DNA of 64,000 nucleotides, taken from Chrysomallon squamiferum. Its lineage: Eukaryota > Animalia > Mollusca. A program made the translations under genes and the position numbers. Of the stretch, positions 55,380-64,000 are shown in pieces. The stretch's first letter is position 1; the number at the start of each line of letters is the position of its first letter. The notes under the pieces were generated by a model. That model had not been told where the DNA came from. It ran no database searches and saw nothing but the letters and a program-made list of their open reading frames with translations. Location of the stretch: the NCBI GenBank assembly GCA_012295275.1, contig CM022665.1, positions 3,844,001 through 3,908,000 of the forward strand, in the 5' to 3' direction.

Positions 55380-55647
55380 TTTTTTTTTTATTTTTTTTTC
55401 GGGGGGCACGCTTTGATTAAAGGGGTCGAGTTGATTTGCCCGATGTTTTACACAGATAAAAACCCAAGTACCAATTTCTTCTTGCTTCTGTCCAGATCTC
55501 CCTCGCTGCTTTGTTCGAATTTGAGAGGACTTTTTTGTTCCCACAGCCTCCTCATTCGATCGCCCATGTAGGAAAAGTCATTCGTGCACCCCACATTCTC
55601 CGAGTAGGCCGCGAATTAGCTAACCTGCTGCTAACACGTCTGAGGTT

Positions 55648-55689
55648 TGACGTTATGATCTGACCCCTATGACGTTATGATCTGACCCC
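55648..55689 (+). repeat. Perfect 20-bp direct repeat, period 22 (tgacgttatgatctgacccc)
   Basis: Copies at 55648-55667 and 55670-55689. Confidence 0.9.
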
Positions 55690-56007
55690 GCTGCTGAAAA
55701 ATATGCTCGGCAAGAAAATGAAGTTTGGGAATAAAAATATTATAGATATAAATCCATTTCAGACAAGCTGAATCTTCAGCGGAGTCTGGGCGTCTACATT
55801 ATTTTTGACTTAATTTGTTCAACCAGCGTATCTGATAAAACAGAGGTTTGGCAGAGAATTACGACTCTGTTGAGAAACTGCTGTATAAGGAATGTTGAAT
55901 TAAGATCTTTGACGTACTCGATAAATCTTTACATCAATAGTTTCTTTTCCTCTTCGGTGCGCTAACTGGTACATGGTTTTTGTCATTTTTCATGTTTTTA
56001 TTATTAT

Positions 56008-56041
<34 letters not shown>

Positions 56042-57399
56042 TTTTGGTGTTTGTATGTTTGTATGTGTATGTATGTATTTTCGTATTTTTGTGTGTGTAT
56101 GTATGCATATATGTATGTATGAATTCATGAATAAATGAATGTATGTAAGTAATGACAGAGAGAGAGAGAGAGCGAGTTGAAAAGAATAAGCAAGGAACGT
56201 AATAATCAGAAAGACTTAAAGATATAAAGATATTTAGTCAAGTGTTAAAATCAAAAAAAAAAAAAAAAAAAAAACAATAAAAAAAAAATTAAAAATAAAA
56301 CAAATGTCATCAATTATAATATTTCTTTTGTTAAACAAACAAGACATGCGAAAAAAGAAAAAAAGAGATTTCAACCCTTCTTTTTTTTTTTTTTTTTTTT
56401 TTTTTAAATGCGAGTTCTCTACTGATGACAGTTCAAAAACATTTTCTAAAGATCTACCTGATGGAAGACAGAAAAACGCGAAAATAAAAACCAAGTTTAA
56501 GTTCAGAAGTGTAAACATTCTAATCATGAAGCTGGCATTTTTCGTGCGAAAGCGAGCGTTTTATTACAGACTGGCATGTCAAGTTGAAGTGACTGGTAAA
56601 AAAAAAAAAAAAAATAACCAAGCGTGTTCAGGAATTCAAAACGAGATTAACGTGCAAGTCATAGGCTTGTAACCAGATTGTTCAATACCAAGTCCGGAAT
56701 ATAAAACGATTTTCCAATATTCTTAGTTTGTTTTTCTCTTCTTTGCCAGATGAAATGGCAAGTTGCATATGTATTGTCTTTGATTCATGCAAATCGTTGG
56801 TCTTTGAAGGGTTTTTTTTTTTGTGTGTTTTTTGTTTTTTTTTTGTTTGTTTGTTGTTGTAGGGCGGGTTTGCCGTTTTAGTGTTTCAGATTTGTTTTTT
56901 GTTTTGTTTGTTTGTTTTGTTTTCATGTTTACTTCGTTGTTGTTGTTGTTGAGGTTATTTTCGATATTTCAAATTGAAAAGCATAAAACATACAAGTTTT
57001 TTTCTGATCATTTTAAGCTACATTTTTGTATATGAAAAGTATATAATTACTGAAACTAAATTACATTAAAAAGTTATCTATTTTTCTTGAATTTCTCCAG
57101 TTTAAATCCACGACGTCGTCATCATTATTATCATCATCATCATCAATGTTATTATGATTAAAACTTCAACAACTGTTTCTGCTATTAGTACCGCCATTAC
57201 TGCTTTTGTCACTATTACTACTACTACTATTACTACTACTACTACTGCAGCTGCCGCTGCTACTACGACTCCTACTCATAATAATAATAACTATGTAATT
57301 ACCTTTTCTGCTAAAAAAAAAAACTACTACTACCACAACTACTATTACTGCTATTACTACTGCTACTACTGCTTCCAATATAATAACAATAACAATAAC

Positions 57400-57436
<37 letters not shown>

Positions 57437-57888
57437 TATAACGTAATAGTCTGTAGAACAGCTATTACTAGTATCAGTTACAAATTATATCTGTTCTTCT
57501 GTACGACTATTCTTGTATTTTCTCTCTCGCCTACGCTAAATCATAAAAATACATATTTTCGGACCTCATTAAAATAATCTCTCTGCAGCCACAGATGCCT
57601 TTAATGAACCCCAAAAATGTTAAAATTTCTCATGTATTTAAGAACGGAATGGATGAAACAAATTAAAAAAATTAAAAAAAAAAAAAAAAAAAAACATTAA
57701 AAAAAAATTAAAAAATGAATCCAGCATCTCGGCAAATTGTTTCTATAAAGGCTACGAGGTGTCAAAGACAGGACGTTTGTGAGATTTCGTGTTCCTGTTT
57801 TAGAGAAGTGAGCAGCTGCCACCATTTCAAAGATTAAAAAATACACTGATTAAAAAATAGCATTTCTGTGAACATACTTCAGCAATTT

Positions 57889-57924
<36 letters not shown>

Positions 57925-58117
57925 AGAATAAGAAGAAGAAAAAGGAACTAATTAGACATGGAAAGAAAGATGTTTCTATAAAAAAAAATATTTATTAATG
58001 GATTATAGCTGTCATCATGATCATCATCGGTAGTTTTTTTTTTTTTAAAATTTTTTTATTTTTTTTTGTTTGGGGGGGGCGGTCATTATTATATAATCTC
58101 CTTGTCACCATCGTGGG

Positions 58118-58150
<33 letters not shown>

Positions 58151-59123
58151 ATACCTTATTATTAGACTATTATTATTCTATACACGAACATGTCTAACAG
58201 AGTACCTATACATAAATATACTTGTCTAACTTAATGTAGTCATAAACTCTCTCAAATATAGAATGAGAGAGAGAGAGACGAATAGTTAATTTGTAAATTT
58301 GAGAACAACTTTTTTTTTCATTATCTCCTTGAAAATCTTCTTTACGTTTTCATCGAACCCTTCATCTTTTCTCTTGTGTCTTGAACCCTTCCATTTTCAT
58401 TATCGGCCTTTTCATATTTTTTTGCTTGCTGAGATCCCTAAACACTTCCTTGTCCTTTTTATTAATCTCTTTTCTTTTCTTGCTCCTTGGACCTCCTGAA
58501 TTTCCTCTACATCATATTTTGTTCCTTTGCATCATCCTGTTCCATCCCGTACACTTTCGCTACAACGCTCCTTCTTCTCAATTTTCACTTTAAAGCAATA
58601 AAGCAGTCTCTCTTTACCATACGTACACCTACACAAATTTGAAAACATTTTGCAGTCCTGTTTAAAACATCATCACAGACGTTGGTTTGTTGTTATTTGA
58701 CGACGACATCAAAAAAAAAAAAAAAAAAAAAAAAAACGAGAAGGAGAATGAGAGACAGAGCTACTGTCCAGGATTTCGGCATCTTCTTTTCCCTCAGGGA
58801 GCTTCCTGTCGCCGTATTTATGGAAAACTCATTCATTTTCGTGGTTAGTTTTTCATCTTGATATGGGCGAGATCATTATTTTGTGGGAGCTCTACAGCGC
58901 CAGAGCAAACACTCAAAAATAACATTATTTGTTTTTTATCCACACGTTCGTGCACGCTGGTTGTGTTCTGAAGATATGAAACCAGTGCCGACTGTGTTTG
59001 TTAACAAATGTGGTTTGCTTCATGCTATTTGTTCAGATTTCTTACAGCTTCAGAAGTTTATTGATCCCACATTTTGTCTTTTTTTTTTTTTTTTTTTTTT
59101 CCTTCTTCTTTTTTTTTTTCTTT

Positions 59124-59169
<46 letters not shown>

Positions 59170-59427
59170 AGTTTTCGTTAGGTTTTTCATTCATCAACAT
59201 AAGTATATTTTCTTTTCACTTTTTTTTCCCCTTTTTGTTTCCCTGTGGATTCGATCTTTTTTATTCATCAACAATTATAGTTTGTCGTTACTATCTTTCC
59301 CGAAGCTATTGCAGTTTCATTCAACATATAAGTTTATTTCGTCTGTAAAGATTTTTTTTTTTTTTCACTCTTTTTCTTTTGTTTGTTTCCTGGTTTTCAT
59401 ACCTTAAGAACCATATGTACTTTTCAG

Positions 59428-59603
59428 GCCACGTCAATGCCGGGTGGAACATTCGTTGTTGCTAATAGAAACGGAACAGCCTTTGGGGTAGTAACAGAGG
59501 ATTTCCTATCTGACCTGTCGCCTAACAACAATTACGTACAAAATAATTATATTCATTTAAAACAGTCGCAACAGCCGCATTTTGGGGGGAGAGAGGGCGG
59601 GGG
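59428..59603 (+). other. Isolated candidate exon
   Basis: TTTTCAG|G acceptor, GG|GTGAGT donor, open frame ATSMPGGTFVVANRNG…; no partner exon or homology recognised. Confidence 0.25.
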
Positions 59604-59639
59604 GTGAGTACAGTGACATAAGCAGTATTAGAAAAAGCA

Positions 59640-59972
59640 AGTTGTTGTTGTTGTTGTTGTTGTAATAGTAGCAATGGAGTAGTAGTGGTGGTAATAGTGG
59701 AAGCAGCAGCAGTAGACGAAATCTGTAGTAGTAGCCTTAGTGGTCGTTGAAGTACCAGCAGCAGCAGCAGCAGCAGCAGCAACAGCATCGGTAACAAATG
59801 TAGCAGCAATAGTAGTAGTTGTTGCTGTTGTAAAATCACAAGTAGAAACAGCGACAGCAGCAGTAGTAGCAGCAGTAGTATTTTCAGTAATAACAGTAGT
59901 ATAGCAGTAGTTTTGGTAATAGTAGTAGCAGAAGCAAAAGATCACCAGTGTAACAGCAGCAGCTGCAGCAGT
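59640..59972. repeat. (TGT)(TAG)(CAG)n trinucleotide tract
   Basis: Direct reading. Confidence 0.9.
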
Positions 59973-60764
59973 AATTATCTGTCTCAGTGCGACATATCCA
60001 TCTGCATTTCATTAAACGCAGTTATTTCATGACAGTTGCATAATAAAAGGCCAGAGACTATACAATACTTGACATAATAGAACTCTATTAAATGAAGTAC
60101 TTGATATTTCATGCTCTGGTTTCGCGTGACAAGCGAATTGACGTGTGGTTTATTCGTTGTTAATACAGATGTCTGATCCACCGATACACAACGTTAACGT
60201 TAAAACGGGATAAATTCTCGCTTGTTTATCATTCTGTATTTACCGGGCATCTGTTCCTTTTGTCAATAATAAATGAGAGTGCGTGGTTATTTGTGTAAAC
60301 AGTTTTACCAGATGTGAATAATTAAAAGTACTTTTAATTAGCTAATGTATCTCACATGCAAAGCTTCCAAGAAAAAAAAAAACGAGTCTACGGGGGAAAA
60401 TATTTAAAAAAAACTAAATTATATTTAAAAACTTTTATCCCTGTATTTTTAAAACATGTTTTAACAAACTGTAGTAAAAAGAAAACGTTAATTAATAATA
60501 AATAAATAAATAATCAGAACGGATTACAAAGAGATACTAAGATTAGATGACACATCAATAAATAATCGGACGAACTGACGGAGAATAGACACATAAACAA
60601 ACAGACGAGATGAAATGATAGCAGGGTGAAAATTAAATTAAAATGTTTTGACAGCTTTTCTTCTCAGTTATTGTAACACTACTTTTGAAAACATACGGTT
60701 TTATTTACAACTTCGTACACATTTTTTATTTTCTGTTAGTTACTGAAACAAAATGCGAGTACAA

Positions 60765-61400
60765 GAGGTCACTTTCCGGGTTAATAAAATAACTTTCCTC
60801 GCTTCAGACTTTTTGTCTCGGTATCGGTTTGCTCTTGTTTCTCACGCTCGACTAAATCGTATTGGCCGCCACTGCATCTGATCAGTTGTTTCGTTGTTCA
60901 CGAACGATTAACGCTATCGACCGCCATTATGTGTGTGTGTGTGAGTCATTCCAGTTCCAACGAAGCCGTTTCTTCGACCGTTTGATCACGTGCTCATCCG
61001 TCTGCGATGAAGTGTTCATATCTCGGCTAGCTGCTTTCCGTGACAGTTTTGCGTCAAATTATGCCCAGCCTATGACCCTAATTTCGCCATTTTTCTGTAT
61101 CGGTCTTATCGATGTTCGCGGTAATCCCTGGCAATCGCTCCGGTCGAAAATGGCGTCGCTCCTGTTTTGATGGATGGGTGGCTTGAAAAAAAAACGAGTC
61201 CGGCGAGATTTTGCTTGTATCGACGACCGTCGCAAGCAGAGCTCACTTCGCTTGTTAATCAAGTTAACACGCAGCGCACCCTTCTTCCGGTGGCGTTCTC
61301 TGATTGATGTCTTGGCCATCTGACGTTCCGAAGCCGTTATTGAGCATTTTGTGCGTTGTCTTGATTCCTCGGCAAATTCGATTAAAGAGCAAACATATCC
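60765..61400. promoter_or_regulatory. CpG-rich non-coding island with two opposed YY1-type motifs
   Basis: Visibly high CG density; CGCCATTTT at 61085, AAAATGGCG at 61147, CACGTG at ~60987. Confidence 0.4.
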
Positions 61401-63099
61401 CCAGAAGTGGGATTGTTTTCTGATTGAACATTCTAGTCATGAAACTGAACAACCATGATTTATTAAGATTAATAATTTAAATTTCCTCCAACACGTGTCC
61501 AGAATGTTGTTATTTGTATCAGTATTATTATTTTTTTTATTTTCTTATTTTTATTTTTTTTTAAATTATTTTATTCATTTATCTAATTTAATTTATATCA
61601 TTTTTTAATTATTGTTTTATTCATTATTTATTTATTTATTTATTGGCTTTATTTATTAACTCAGTTGCTAAAATTTAATTTATTTATTTATTATTATTTT
61701 ATTTAATATTTATTTATTATATATTTAATGTTACGCCTAATATAATAAGTATGCTGTAGTTAAAATATCATTTTTTTCCCCCCCTTGATTGATAAATGTA
61801 TTTAAAAGATCATCGTTCATCGTTCAGTAGAATAGCCTGGACATTTATCGTGAATTAAAAATAATTTTATAGCTACTGACAGCATGAAGCATGCATTCCA
61901 GACCTAAAAATAGGAAGTAATCAGAAGGAGAAATGGCGTGGGTTATACTTTTATACATTATCGTTAAACGAAGGGGAAAAACAAAATCAAAATAACTCAT
62001 TAATTCAGTCATACAGAGAGATGTAATTTTTACATTTTCAAATATATATTGTAAAATATACGTATAAAAAAGAAAATAATAATTTTGTTTTTTAAAATTG
62101 GATTAATTCTGTCTTGCATGCATTCAAAATTATGCAATTTTTAAACATGTTGTTTATCTGATTGTTTGTTTATGTCATTCTACTCTTGAAAATAATAATA
62201 ATAAATAAATAAATAAATAAAAAATAAATAAATAAATAAATAAATAAAAATAACAATAGCCTGACGTAATATCTACAGCATTTTGTAAAACAGTTGTGAC
62301 TGTAAACATGTTTTCTATTTTCAACAGTATCAAATATTGATAAGATTTCAAGTTATAAAATGTGCAAGTTTGTGTGTTTGTATGTAGCTTTAATTCTGTA
62401 TTCAAATTAAATACAGTGACGCATACAATTTACACAGGGTCATTATACAATCCTATGCGATTTTATTTTTATTATTATTAGTATTATTTTATTTTTTTTT
62501 TTTCTGATCTATACATGGTGGAAATGATCTGTAAAAACGATAAGAGAAAATAATTTTAGCATTCTTAAATATATTTATTGATGAGATTCATGATTTTTAA
62601 AACAAACTTACAATAACAAAGATATAAATACGCAATTACATATACACATACATATTCACACATAATTCCACAGAGATATTTTGTAACCTACTCATACAGT
62701 GACGCTCGTACATACAAATATAGGTACCATACAATTTTAAACCTTCATTTATTTCTATTTTACAACGTAACACAATTTCACGCTTCCCGAAATACCGTCT
62801 GACCATCACTTAGTTAGTCCAATGCGTTCAGCAGATGTTGTTAACTGAGTGATATGGGTGTACGACGATAACGACTGATTTGGAAACCTTTGCCTTGTCT
62901 CTCTTTCTTTCTCTTTCTCACTCTCTCTGTGCTGAACTGACCGCACCGATGATTCTCTTGGCTTCGCTGCCAAAAGCATAATGCATGCAGCACCTGTACA
63001 TCAGACTTCACACAGACGTAAATACTTGACTAATAGCTCTGAGGTGATCACCTAAACATGCCAGCGTGTTTCCTGCCTTCGAGTTAGAGACATACAACT

Positions 63100-63319
63100 T
63101 GCTGCAAACTCGCTGTACAACGGAGTCTGTCGTTCCTGATAGGTCTATCTATACATCTGTTCTTTTTTTTTTTCTACAGAGTTCTTGCATTTAGAAATAG
63201 TGTGCACTGCACGTTTTTAATGTGTTTCTAACACGGTTTGTTCAAAATACAGAAAAGTGTACAAATACTGAATTAAAAATATAAGTGTTTTATATAAATC
63301 AACATGTGCGTATGTTGTC

Positions 63320-63413
<94 letters not shown>
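63100..63413 (+). repeat. ~215-bp repeat with (CT)n tail, copy 2
   Basis: Near-identical to 49669-49880. Confidence 0.92.
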
Positions 63414-63416
<3 letters not shown>

Positions 63417-64000
63417 ATGTATCTATGAATCTATCTATCTGTCTATCAGTCTATCTTTATCTGTTTGTGGTGTGGTGTAGTCTACGGTTCTAAACGTAAT
63501 TTTGAATCCATGGGGCTTTTTGGGTTACAGGATCTGAGTGTCTGTATTACAAATTGGAAATAAAATACTTGTTAAGCAGCGCGTTTTTAGTTGCCTGGTT
63601 TGTAACTGCATAGGTCAGATCAATAGACAGCTAATAACAAGATATTTAATCAAGAAAATCTTATTAAAAATAATACATAGCCATTTCGAAGACAGCAAGT
63701 TTATTTTGCTTTGTCTTTTTTATTTTGTTTTTATTCTGCTCTTTCCTCTCTTTTTCTTCCTAATGGTGAACTCTGCATTCTTGAAAGAAGCCGCTATTTA
63801 ATCAAAGCATGTAACAAAAATGCATTATTAAAAAATGACTGTTTTATATTTTATTCCATGCTCAAGAATGAAATTTAATTAAAGATCAAATTACGAGCAT
63901 TCTTTATTACGTATGAATAAATTAACAATACAACAACAGTAAATGGATATATGATAAGCGATGTGAAAAAAACAATAATTAAAAGTAAAAGCTAGAGATT

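Noticed and set aside
56420-56465. TGATGA…CTGA resembling a C/D-box snoRNA
   Set aside because: Only ~40 nt between the boxes, with no convincing terminal stem or guide.

Overview
AT-rich, microsatellite-dense animal genomic DNA with spliceosomal GT-AG introns. A mollusc, probably a gastropod, is inferred from the repeat and gene style; this is not proven. Nearly all ORFs in the supplied track are simple-repeat artefacts. The only well-supported coding content is in the first ~20 kb on the + strand: a tandem cluster of paralogous genes of the form signal peptide, 10-Cys SUEL/rhamnose-binding-lectin-like domain, CUB-like domain, Ser/Thr stalk, TM helix and cytoplasmic tail, with phase-1 ectodomain exons. 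Copy A (~4.7-10.3 kb) is an older, decayed paralog with 2 frameshifts, an in-frame stop and degraded splice sites. Copy B1 (11.8-14.9 kb) has an intact signal exon but no TM exon and as written encodes a 314-aa secreted protein. Copy B2 (15.7-19.3 kb) has the only intact TM exon, but its own signal exon is dead (junction codon TGA, Tigger fragment next to the donor). B1 and B2 differ at 34 of 138 residues in the lectin-like exon but only 7 of 122 in the CUB-like exon. The remaining ~44 kb has no supportable CDS: microsatellites, SINE/MITE relics, three local duplicated segments, CpG-richer islands and one strong CTCF-like motif.
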